Shown: positions 1 through 12,600 of the stretch, piece by piece | Position numbering within the stretch: position 1 is the stretch's first letter | Layout of the letters: every line of letters starts with the position of its first letter | Assembly: GCA_050084985.1 (NCBI GenBank) | Contig: JBITNC010000001.1 | Coordinates: 6,634,001 to 6,698,000, forward strand | Source of the DNA: Nageia nagi | Taxonomy: Eukaryota > Plantae > Pinophyta | Direction of reading: 5' to 3' | Length of the DNA: 64,000 nucleotides | Program-made: the position numbers and the translations under genes | The notes under the pieces: model-generated | What the model was told of the DNA's origin: nothing | The model's database searches: none | The model's input: only the letters and a program-made list of their open reading frames with translations

Positions 1-519
1 TCTTAAGCTATCAACGACGTGTCAAGTATAGGATTCCAACAGACATGCAATTGAATGAATGTATGCTTTTCTTTTGTTTATGTTTCTCTTTAAAGAATGA
101 ACATGCGACCTAATTAAACATAAGTATCTTTTTGTTATGCATTATTGCCATATTTCAGATTCATACATCAATAAGAAACAAGTAGACCAATAGTTCATTA
201 ATTAATCCCCATAAATAATTATATGCATTATTTTGGATCTACACATGATGTGTTGAATTCATCCCCATAGTCTCACCCATACTTGGAGTTCATTACCAAG
301 GTGGGATTAGCCTCTCTTTAAACAATCCACACCCATAGAGATTGACCTTTATCCAACAACAATTGACTAGATACATCTCTAGGAAAATTAACAAGATCCA
401 AAGTGATCATAAAAATAATCATCATTAATTAAGAGTAAACACCCAATCAAATAAGAAGCAACTAGAGCAAGATAAAGCATTTGTGTTATCTTTATCACCA
501 ATAGGATTTAGATAATAAA

Positions 520-2150
520 GGATTTGCTTTATTATCATTTAGCTTGTTTGTGGTTAATCTTTACATCTACTAAAAAGAGCATAACAACACTTTAGGTTTG
601 GTGTTTATTTGCTTACTTTGTTCGGCATATTGCACTCTCATCTTTATTTATAAAAATGTTGTTCTTTCCTTTCATACCTTAGCTTTCAAAACTCATATAT
701 TTAGGAGGTTTGATAGAGAACTATATGTAAATATGGTATCCACACCTAGATCCAATCAACAAGAATAAGAGCAAGAGAAAGATCAATAATAATATCACCC
801 CTCCCATCTAGACCAACCACTCCATAATCTCAGTCTTCTTCAATACCATATCATCATTTTCACTATTCTACGAGGTCTCTTGATCACCAACTTGCTATTG
901 AAGTAAAATCTCATGTGATATTTCAAAACATTCCTCAAGATATTAGAAATTAATTTATCAATGATCCAATGGTTCAAGAAAATTTGGCTTTGCTTTTTGA
1001 ATAATTTCATTTTTAATAAGATCAAATTCAAAGCATGCACCAACTTCTCAACTTCAAAATGTAATTCATCACTTTGATCCATCATATCGTGATCTAAAAC
1101 TATGATTTATCACCAAATCACCAATTGTTGTAACAATTCAAATTTAAAATAAAGAAATGCAACAAATGGTTTCCCAACAACCCCTAACTACATATTTTCC
1201 ATTAAAAAAAATCTTCAAGTGATATTAAATGCATAATCTATCAATGATAATCAAGGATCTTCATCATTTAAATATAATCAATAAGAAAGACCTTATAGTG
1301 CACAAAATCCTCTTATGGCACACCTAATCCCTTTATCACACCTAATCAAATCACTTCACAAGGTATAGGAGTACATCTTAACCTTGAGCCTTGACGATCC
1401 TGAATCAAGATCAAATTCAACCTCAAAAAGTGGCTTATGTTGGACAACCAAATATTTATAATCAATCAAACTAAAAATATTTAAATTAAACATAAAGCAG
1501 TTTGCAATAAATGGATCCTCAAAATATCATTAATTAAGCTTATCAAAATATGAATCAAGCCCAATCTTATCAACGAGTCTCTTCCTATGATAAAGGAAAG
1601 GTCAATCTTATCAACATGATTTGAATCAACCATAATATAAAATTCAAGGATACATTGATCAAATGGCTCATCCACCCTATCAACCTCACATAGTACAAAG
1701 TTAATTTGCTCCAAATCAAGCATTAAATCAACTATTGGGATAAAACATGCAACTCAACTATTGATATTAAACATATAAAAAGGCTTAAAACCAACATATC
1801 AAGTCAAAATAGTGATAACCCAATAACCTATAGCAGTTCACAATGATATTCTAAAGATGTTGCAAGAGATGGAATCAAGGATCAACAATGAAAATAAGAG
1901 GAAATTACTGATCCAATTTTTTGATCATATTTGAATGACATCAATGCAATACATATTGCTCAACCCCTTGGTCTACAAGATACTCCTTGTTATCTCAACA
2001 ACAATCTTATTCTTCCTATTTACTACATTATTCCACTATAGAGTATAGGTAGTAATGAGTTACCTTTTAATGTCATTATCTTTGGAAAATTGAGGAACTC
2101 ATTAGAGAAAAAATCCCCACCATGGTTAGTCCTTAAAGATATAAGGCTTC
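520..2150 (+). mobile_element. Highly degenerate LTR-retrotransposon relic (possible LTR end, PBS-like TGGTATC near 734, gag-like fragments)
   Basis: PBS-like sequence followed by stop-riddled fragments resembling gypsy gag. No intact motif or boundary. Confidence 0.3.
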
Positions 2151-2319
2151 AACCATTTTTATGCTGAATAATATGCTTAAGATTTTAAAATAATCAAATT
2201 CTTCATCTTTATGTTTCAAGAATTCAACCTAACACGTTCTTTAATAGTCATTAATAAAGGTAAGAAAATAAGAGTTCTTAACCAGTCTCTTAGATTGATA
2301 GGCACATAAATATTAGAAT

Positions 2320-3310
2320 GAAAAAATTGAAGTGGGTATGAGGCCTTCCATGCTTTCTCTTTAGGAAAATTTTGTCTGACATACTTTCCCAATGCACACC
2401 CTCAAATATAGTTTTATGCTCCTCTACCTTTGGCACATCATAAACATATCTCTTGATATGTTAAGAACTCAAACTTGCAAAATTCAAATGAGCATATATG
2501 ACATGCCACAACTAACGTTTGTTTTCAATAAAAACATTAGAAAGGTTTCCTCCTTATCTTTCAAATCTCAAAGGAAACAACCTATTATTGGTTATAAGAA
2601 TAGTAATAACATTTCTATTCCCATGGTTCTTATCACAAATGATACATTTCTTATCCTTAAAAACTAGCTTGTAGTTCTTTTCCATTATCTGCCTTGCACT
2701 CATCAAATTATGTTTCATATTTCATATGTAATAGATGTCATGAACCTAATTTTTACCTTCTCTTATGTTCACCTTCATTACACCTTTGGCAATCACCTCC
2801 AAAGAGTTATCATATCCAAGCATGATATTGGAATTGAATAAATGATCCAAGGAAGAAAATGAATCTCCCTTTCCTATCATGTGATTAGAACATCCCATAT
2901 CAAGAATCTTAAATTTATTGAATATTCTTATCAACCTTATTATATGATAAAAATATTTTTTTTTAGTAGTCTCTTATTCACCATAGTTGGTTGTCTTTCC
3001 AACATTTCCATCCTTCAATCTTAATTCTCCTCATAATTTCATACTTATTGCAATGGTAACATTACACATTCCTCTTATCAACTACACCTCTCCCTCTACC
3101 TATTGCACCACCTCTTATACCCCCTCTTCCTTTAGAAGAGTTTCAACCTCTTCCTTGGTCATGTCCTTTTTCTTTCCCACTTGAACTTACTTCAACAATC
3201 TTAACCACTCCATCAAATTTTTAATCATCTAGCAAGAACATAAACAATTTTCAAAAATAGATAGACATCATTCCAAAAAAAATGATCATAAACTTGCAAC
3301 CATGGAAGGT
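2320..3310 (-). mobile_element. Ty1/copia internal fragment (gag knuckle, protease, pre-integrase), related to the element at 9629
   Basis: Minus-strand motifs QCYHCNKY (~3060), ILDMGCSNHMIG (ORF 2746-2934), WHVIYAHLNFASL (~2490), CALGK (~2395). Confidence 0.8.
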
Positions 3311-4749
3311 ACTATTATATATAGTGTTAAATATCATACACAAGACCCAAAGGTTTTATTGTCATGATTATTTTTCAATTAATAATGATACCAAATATTT
3401 ACACTTAAATAAGTATGAATTTCAATCCATTAATGAGATTAAAGTATAAAAAAACATGAGATCATTACATTATATAACAATTACAATTTTTTGAAAAAAT
3501 TAATCAACTACACATCTTGAATTTGTTTAAACAATGTAATAAACAAAGCATGCCAATTGGTAACCAATTTCACATTGTACAAGATGTTTCAATTTCATCA
3601 AATCATATGTCCTATACATCCAACATTTTATCATAAACAAATAACATTGGATTATGAGGGTAGAGTTGAGGTTGTTTTCTTGTTTGAAATTAGGCCTTCA
3701 CTTGGATGCCTGCATGCAACACTTGGTAATGAAACTCAAGCTGTGATGGAGCCCAAGTCTTACCAATCCTTAACCAATTCCCCTATGGTCATCAATATAC
3801 TCTCACTACTTTCCAAGGGTGTGATGTAATTTGGATCAACCAAATTATTATCTTGATTAGGTTTCAATTTATCCTCCTAAGTTATTATAATAATCTTTGA
3901 ATGGATGTGCGAACATGTGGTATCACTACAGACATGCCTGTCCATCTATATGGATTTATTACAGACCAACAAAGGACTTAGAGGCAATTAAGAAGTATGA
4001 ATTTTACACCGTTTGGATCAAAAAACTAAATTCCAATCTTTCTTTTCCTTCCCTTATGGCTCTCCAAACAAGTTATGTTGCAGAATAAAACACATGGATG
4101 TGTTCATTCTAGGGGGTGCACTTTTAATATTTGGATTTTTGCAAAAAATAAAGCAAAGGTGCATAAATTAAAGTGCTTAAAATGATACATCATCCAAAAT
4201 TGAAATTGAAGAGTCAAATAGGTTTTGTTACCAATCCCTAGATGACCTCTTTACAAAAATGCATGAGTTCATCATTTTTAAGTAATAATAAAAACCAAAG
4301 ATCCCCCTTTTAACACTTAGAAAAAAAACTACCTTTATTTAAGGGAAAAAATCTTTAGGTTTAATTTAATCTCCCACATTTTTAAAATAATTAGTCCACT
4401 TTGTTAAAAAAAAAACCCTTTGGAAAAAAATATGGAATTTCCCTCTCTTTAAAAAAAGAATAATAATAACCCCCTTTCAAAAAAGCTCCCTTTATTTTAA
4501 ATAACTCCACCAAAAAAGAGCTCCCCATTTTTAATAAATATCTTCACAATGAATAACCCCACTTCTCAATAATTCCCACTCTTCAAAAAAAATAAGTTTG
4601 TATTAAAAATAAGAAAACTTAAAAAAAATTATTCTATAAAAAAGGAAAAGACTTACAAGGTACATGTTTTTTTAGTTCTTATTCCAAGAGGTAATGTAAT
4701 GTCCAATCATCCACTCCTCCATTTACTTACTAGTCACCTTGTTCTTAAA

Positions 4750-5249
4750 TGTTGGAATGTATAATGCATTATTGTAAAGTTTTATTTTAAATCTTCTATG
4801 TAAGTTCACTAATACTTAAGGGTATCATTTGATAACTTAAGTATTTAAGTGAATATGATAACTAACTTATCCTACACTCCATGTCATGAGTATGCCCCTT
4901 CGGTAAAAGGATGTGCATGTCATGCTTTTGTACATGGGATAAAAGGGTGATCCAAAGAGGGATGTTGGCCTATAAATAGAAGGCTCCCTCTTTGTGATCA
5001 TACACCAATTGTGGAGTAAAGTTATGCTATAGGATAGAAGTGTAGGAGTTGAGATTAGGAGGATTGTAAGAGAGTTGTATTTGTGATTGAAGTAAAGTTC
5101 TAGTTAGTGGATGTACTCCTAGTTGGAGGAACCACTTACATCTTGTGTTATCTTTGTAAGATTGCTTTGTGTGATAGTTAGATGTGATTTCTGAACTTTC
5201 ATGTGATCTTGGTTGTTTAGGAATTATCTTGTTAGTGTTAGTTCCTTCA
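4750..5249 (+). mobile_element. Solo LTR (500 bp)
   Basis: TGTTGG...TTCA termini, TSD TTAAA at 4745-4749 and 5250-5254, TATA box CTATAAATAG near 4970. Confidence 0.85.
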
Positions 5250-5423
5250 TTAAAAAAAATGAAGGTTTCATAAAAATAGAAATTCAAATATAATAAATGT
5301 TTCTTGCATAAGAAATAGCTTAGAGTAATAAAAAAATAAAATAAAATAAGGATTCATATACTAAAAGATATCTTTATTACAAGTTCCATATTCAATTATG
5401 TACATGTTGAAGAGCTTACCAAT

Positions 5424-5978
5424 TGAATGAAATAAGCCTAAATGACTAAATTCCTATTCTACAAAGATCACATGAAGGCTTATTTAAACTTCTTAAAAAA
5501 CAAAACTCATAAAAGCATTCACATAAGATGACACCAATATAAAATGATTCCTCCAACTATGGGAATACATCCACTAATCTAAGATCTTATTCTCAAAAAG
5601 CACTCTCTTACAACGCACTTTATCACTTGTTCTACAACCTAAACAAGAGCATAACTTTGCTACAACTTGAGTGAGTAATCTCAAGGCGAGGGCCCTCTAT
5701 TTATAGACCAAAATACTCCCTTGGATAACCCTTTTAACCATTGTACAATTTCATGACATGAAACACCCTTTTACGCAAGGGACATGCTCATGAGATGGAA
5801 TGGAGGATAAGTTACATCATCTTATTCACAAATACTTAAAAGGCATCTAGGGATACTTTTAAGTATTACTAAATTTACATTCTCATATTCATGAATACTT
5901 AAGGTATCTAGAGATACCCTTGAGTATTAAGTGAATTTCATGAAGAAACCTTACAATAATGCATTATACATTCCAACA
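5424..5978 (-). mobile_element. Second LTR of the same family in inverted orientation, with PBS-like remnant
   Basis: Reverse complement starts TGTTGGAATGTATAATGCATTATTGTAA, as at 4750. About 75-80% similar by eye. Followed on the minus strand by TGGTAAGC. No TSD. Confidence 0.8.
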
Positions 5979-6029
5979 AAAAAGGAGGATTGCATAATCC
6001 CTTGTTGTTCCCTTTTCTTCTGCAGAAAA

Positions 6030-6700
6030 ATTATTAACATCTTCCAAGAAAAAATGTACTTCATTTGATATATTATTATCAATGGATGAGTTTCATTGAT
6101 CCAAAGTTGTTGGAATCTCGGACATTAGATTACATCAAGCTTTCCCTACACATAATCATATGCCATTTGGAGGATGATCATTCATCCTTTTGATGATGTA
6201 GCCCAACTACCGTTCTATGAAAGGAAATCCCTATGTATGCTTCAACTTCCTTTGAGAGGAGATTATAGCGTAACTTCATAATAATTATAATATTGAATAT
6301 AATTTTTTATCAAAGTGGTGAGGTTGCTGCATAAATTATTTTTTGTGAACTTCTATCAAATTTATGAAATGCAAAACTTATAATTACAAATTGACAAACT
6401 CTAATGTTATGTACAAGATCCAGGCTCAACTCCATGGAGCAATCAATATGTTTTCCCTCCATGCATATTTTTGTAACAAATATTACATAATAAATGTATA
6501 TTATTATCTTTAATAAAGCTTGTTTCCATGCCCACTACAAAGTACCTACAAGGATAAACTTACACAAATTTAGATGAAGAATAAGTTCAGTCATAGTTAC
6601 TCTTCTACATTGACCAAGAGGTTATATTAGATTCAAATTTATGGGTAAAAAAAAGGCTTTTCAATGGTTCCTTTGACAAGTACAATCAATCATTTACAGG
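6030..6700 (+). pseudogene. Degenerate PIF1-family DNA helicase fragment (transposon/Helitron-type)
   Basis: Frameshifted motifs YIIIN-(E)MSFIDPKLL (Walker B), DIRLHQAFP, MPFGG.SFIL.DDVAQLP, and QEVILDSNLWVKK(G)LFNGS. Confidence 0.6.
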
Positions 6701-7884
6701 GAAAGCGAAAAGCCACCTCAACCTCCCTTGCTTGTTGTTTAATTTAGACATTATATAGGACCAATTTAGGATCAAAGTAACCCAAAATATATCCCTATAT
6801 GCCCTTTAAGTTGTAGTCGATGATGCTAAATCCCACTAAAAATGGCATGGGAATTAACAATACATAAATTAAAAGGCCTTACACTAAAAGGGAAATAATT
6901 AAGATCAACAACACTAATCAACAAGGGCTTACTTTTCAAGAGTTTGTGAACTATCTTATATTTGCATAAACCATGTTTTCACATTCAAATATATGCACAG
7001 ATGTAACTTAGCTTGAACATTAGTCATCATAAAGAAGAAGAGGAATGCCTACTATCACTATCAAATGTTATCTCATGAAAATCTCAAATAAATTTCCAAA
7101 CAAATCAAGTTTGTTGCAATTTTTTTTTTATTAGAACCAACGGGTAAATTTGATATTAATCAAAAAGAAATTTGATTTTTGAAAGGAACTTGAAAACCTT
7201 TTACATATAAAATAAAGTAGAGTTAATATGTTTTACCTTGGTAAAAAATAAACAGAGTATAATAGTAGTCTATGATAGAATTTTCTAAACTATAGATTAT
7301 ATAGATCCAAAAAACCAGAATTATATGGTAGCAATATGTTCGTTGGTACCTCAAAATTTTGATAAAACATAAAATGAAGCTATAGGTGTATGTAAACTTA
7401 AAACCACTATTCATGTTGAATTGTATTACCTTCCAAACAAAATGAAGCTCTTTCTCCTAACAGCTATGACTATTACAAAAAGTAGAGTAATCCTGATACT
7501 GATTTTCCCAACTATGCATACAAACTATTACCCTGAATTGTTATTGCTCTTAGAGAGTGGATTGACCTTATGAAGTGGTTTAACCTTGAAATAAATCCAT
7601 GTATTAAGCTTGATCTTGACAATCTAATGGACTGTGTCAAAGATTTGGTGCCAATAATCATGAGTCCTCCTCTCATCAAGATCAAACGGATCCTCATCCA
7701 TTTTCATCTTCATCTTCAGGTAGTTATTTTTATAAAATTTATGGTAGATCCTTTCCACATTTTCCTCTTATGAATGAGACACTTCTTCTAAAGGTATGTT
7801 CCCTACGTACTTTGGTAAACAAGCAGTGATTCAAATAATACACTTGGATTCCCTCTACATATCTCTACTTCTCCAAGCATACCA

Positions 7885-9268
7885 TTATGCAGATGAATAT
7901 TCTAAAGCATCTGATGGCTTGAAGTTTATACTTCCTAAATTTCTTAGGAGATGATTGAATGGGTTTGTCATCATGACTACCATATTAAGGGAGTTATGGG
8001 TTTGGATCTTGATTAAAAGAAGGGTAGGTAATGTATAAATAAGTTCCCCCCTTTGGACTATGCATGTCATGTTCCATATTAACCTCATGGTCCTTACATT
8101 CATCAACATTTGGTGATATATGAGCAAGTTGTTTCCTTTTACCCCTCCTAAAATAAGTTTACAACTTAACTTTGGTGGGACCCTAAGTAGGGAAAATAAG
8201 AATTTGAACATTGGTTTCACTTTCCACAAGTATGGGGCTAGAGGTACTAGTTTCTTCCTACTCTCTACTCGGACTATCGCTAATATGGATAGGGTTGGGA
8301 TCTTGCTTACCTTTACCTTTTTCAACTATGGTCATTGACCAGGTCCTTTTTCTATTGATTATTTGAAACCCCCTTACTTTGTTTTGGGTGTGGGATCCCT
8401 ACTCTTGTTGAACCTCTAAATTAACGTTTTCCTATAAAACCTCTTGAGTTCCTTCCTCTTCATTCACCTCCTAGTTCTCAACATTATCCTGTTGCACTCT
8501 TAGAGCTTGAGCAATATCCTCCTGATGCCTCTCTAAATTGGACTCCTTTGCATGTATTCGCATAGACATAGTATGTCTCCAATTATAATTATTTTGTTGG
8601 TTATGAATTTTTTCTTATGGGATTTGGTCTCTATTTTGTGGTTGCATACTGATCTAGCTAATGTCGATAAACCATCGACATAACTAGTTGGTGGAGAGGG
8701 ATGAAGCTTAGTTTAGTTCTTCATTTAGAAACTAAAACACCCATGGAGAATTTGATAAATTAAGTGAAATTTACCTGCTCTCTCGATGGTTTGAAATGGT
8801 TCATCAAAATAATGTGGGCACCAAACACCTTTGTGTGCCTTCGTCCAAGGTAATATATTTCATAAGGATTTTACACACCATATGCCATGGATAGGGGATA
8901 CTACTTCTATTGAAACTTGTTGTATACAAAATGAGTTTAAAGTTACCTCCTTCAAATACTCTAATTTCCTCCATTTTGATAACCTTCGAATTTTGACGAA
9001 CTTCCTTGCCCTTGTTAGGCAACCCAGTAGCTTCTACTATAGTATCAACATTGAAAATGAATTCCTTGCCATGAATTCTACAAACACCATCCTCCCAAGT
9101 GCTAATAACATAATCTACAAGCCTTATATCCGACCCCCTGCATGCCTCAATAAATTTGTCTAGGCCCCCTCTATAGATAATTCTCCAAACATTAGGATCC
9201 CTATTTGCTTTGGTCAGGTTGTTTGGCTCTATGAAAATAAGGGCACCTCCCATATTTTTTGGGCTCAT
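7885..9268 (-). pseudogene. Decayed TE-associated ORF of unknown function (MGG..EP / TGLP..G / YITLD / NHF / HQ motifs)
   Basis: 154-aa ORF 8804-9268 continues after a frameshift as MNHFKPSREQVNF...PLHQLVMSMVY and a charged coiled-coil-like tract. A homologue lies at 50377-51356. Confidence 0.55.
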
Positions 9269-9628
9269 TTTGTTTAGCTTTTCATAAAATATGGTTGAGC
9301 AATTGATAATCTATTTTGTACATCATTTGTTGTTCTTACAAATCTTGTCACTAATGAGTCTTGTTATCCCTTTGTACCTGAGGGTATTATGATCCGTAGT
9401 CTCTCACCCTAGCCATCGTTTCAAATTAATGATTTTTTCATGTTGATCCTTGAAACACTTCATGCTATGATTCTCCTTTCTGACATTACTTAACTTAATC
9501 CCCTAATATTTAGGTTTATTAATATTTCTAAAACCTTTAGTTTATGTATCCATAATAAGGAAATAAAAATTAATCATTTAAATTAATAAGAGATTAAGCT
9601 CTACGGTATTTGTTGAACTTCAACATGT

Positions 9629-12600
9629 TGTTGGAGCATTTAATTTTGCAAACTCATTAGTATGTAACATGGTTGAATTTCATCTTGGGTCAAAATGTTA
9701 TCACATTTTATTCCTACCAACCATGTTTTTCCTACTTTTTGAAATGCAGTTGCACTTCTAGAGACCCCCTACATTTTAACAGTGTTCCTAGGAAGTTATG
9801 AGTTATTTATAATTTTTGGTCCATTTTTCTTCATTGCATGTTCTTGTAGGGTATTGTTACTTGTCTAGGATGATGGAGGAATGGTTCAAGCATGAATATA
9901 ACTCCAATTTAGCTAGTTTCATCAAGTTTTAGTGTATTTGTGTAATTATCCTTAAGCATTCATTTTTGTCAAAGTTGTAACCTCGATGAGATCAAATTAG
10001 TTACTCATTTAGGGCTTATAAATTGTACTTTGAATTTGATGAATAAACAATCTTAGTGTGTATTTTGATTCTTATTTATTCTTTCATATTGGTACCAGAT
10101 ATAGTTCATCTAAGTTGGATTTGAAGAGGATGTGGGTACTTTGCAAACAACTTAGCAAGTTTTGCAAAAAGTGGCCCTAAATAGGACTGTAGTTTTTTGC
10201 TAAGCTTGTTGGAGTGTGTGAAATGGCTTTTGGAGTGAATTCTCTACCCTACCATATTTCAATGGTGAAGATTATGAATATTGGGCATTAAAAATGAAGC
10301 ACTTGCTCATAGGCAAGGGAATATGGGACATCATTAAAGATGGCTATGTGGAACCAGATTGAACCACACTTCTCAAGCTGATAGGCCTACTAAAAGAGGC
10401 TTAGAAGAAGAATTCATTTGCTATCTATCATATTCAATCAGTTTTGGAAAAGAGACTCTTTCCAAGGATTGCTAGTTGCAACACGACCAAGGATGTATGG
10501 AAGGTCTTGAAGGATGGGTTCCAAGGCAATGGCCAAGTGAAGCAAGTGAGGCTCCAAAATTTAAAACTAGAGTTTGAAAATGTGAAGCAAAAAGAGGATG
10601 AGAAAGTAGGAGAGTATTATGTTATAGTGAAGACTTGTGTCCAAATGATGGAGATACTTGGAGAAGAGATATCAAATTCTATTGTAGTGAAGAAAGTGTT
10701 AAGAACACTTCTTCTTGAATGGGTCCAAACTGATATCATGTTTGAAGAGACTAAAGATCTAAACACCCTCACTCTTGATCAGCTCATTAGTTCCTTAATG
10801 TCACATGAGTAAAGACTTGCTCCACCTACCAATGTTGGGAATGGTGAAAAGAAGGCTTTCACTTCTAAAGAAGGTGACACTAGTGCTAATGTTCATGGGG
10901 GGAGCTCAAGGTAGAGGAAGAGGTAGATATTATAAAAAAGAGGAAGAGGAAGAGGAAGGAGAGGTGGATTTTAAGGTAGAGGACGATTCCAAGGAAGAGG
11001 TAGAGGGGATTTTCCAAGAGGTGAAAAAAGAGACAAGTAATTTACTACTGTAAAAGTATGGACATTATGAGAGAGAATGTAGATTGAAGGCTTCTCAAGA
11101 AGGACCCAAAGTGCCAACTATGGCGAGGAGGATACATCCTCCACCTTGTTCTTATCTTATGCCCACTTACCCCAAAAGTAAGATGATACATGGATTGTTG
11201 ACACCGGTGCTCCAACCACATGATGGAAAGGGATATCTATTTTGTGCTATTGATGATTCTTACAAGTCCCAAATCATGCTTGGAGATGACAAACCATTTA
11301 AGATAAGGCATGGGAGCCATGGAGGTGTCCATAAATGAAGGTAACAAGAAGGTAAATGATGTTTATTTCATTCCAAAACTAAACATAATTTGTTGAGTGT
11401 TGGGCAAATGATGGAAAAGAACTACAAACTTGTGTTTGAGGATAGAAAATGTATGATTTATCATAAGAATCAAGGGCATAAGCATGTCACCTTATTGCAA
11501 TGAAAAAGAATAGTTTGTTTCATCTCCAATTTGGTGAGTAAAAGTCAAAATTTGCTAATGTTGCTATTGATGATAAGAGTTGGCTTTGGCATTTGAGATA
11601 TGGGCATCTTAACTTTGCAAATCTAAAAATTTTGGTCTCAAATGAGATGGTGTATGGGCTTGCCCAAGGTTCAAGATCATAATAAAGTGTGTGTTGAATG
11701 TGCTATGGGAAAGCATTCAAGATTAAGCTTCCCAAACTATCAAGAATGGAGAGCCTCTTATCCCCTCTAATTGGTGCACAATGATATCTGTGGATCAATG
11801 AAACTCCAAGTATTGGTAAAAGTCTTTATTTCCTTACCTTCATTGATGATTGTACAAGAATGTGTTGGATTTACTTTCTTAAGCACAAGGATGAAGCTTT
11901 CATATATTTTAAGGAGTTTAAGAACAATGTTGAAAAGCAAAGTGGCTAATATTTAAAATATTTAAGAACAAATAGAGGGGGGAGTTTTGTAGCAATGCAT
12001 TCTTGCAATATTGTAAGATTGTGGTATGAGAAGGCAATTCATGCTGCCTACACTCCACAACAAAATGGTGTAGCTAAACATAAGAATAGAACTTTAGCTA
12101 ATATGTCAAGAAGCATGCTCCAAACTAAAGGATTAAACAATCTTTATTGGACTGAATCTATTAGGACTGATTAAAACTCCTTTTGAGGCATATTTGGGTA
12201 TTAGAAAAACCAAATGTAAATCATTTCAGAGTGTTTAATTGCTTGGCTTATGTGCATGTTCCAAAGGAACAAAGATAAAAATTAGATCCAAAAATTGAAT
12301 CTTGCATATTTATTGGCTATTGTGAATCAAGCAAAGCATATAGATTGTACAATCCTAAAACTCACAAAGTTATTATTTCCAAAGATGTTATTTTTGATGA
12401 AGGGAGAGCATGTGGTCATCAAAAATAAGTTGTTGATGATAGATTAGGTAATGAAAGCTCTTCTAATATAAAGTCTACTGTTTAGCCAGCCAACAACTTA
12501 TGCATCCTAAAGCATCAGAAAGTACATAAAATACCACACAAGTACAACCCAAAGATGGTCCAAGTAATGGTGCAACTTCCTCCAACAAAAATGGTAATGT

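Noticed and set aside
4240-4640. Degenerate C-run/T-run/A-run short repeats
   Set aside because: No constant period, TIR or TSD; probably a decayed subterminal region or low-complexity DNA.
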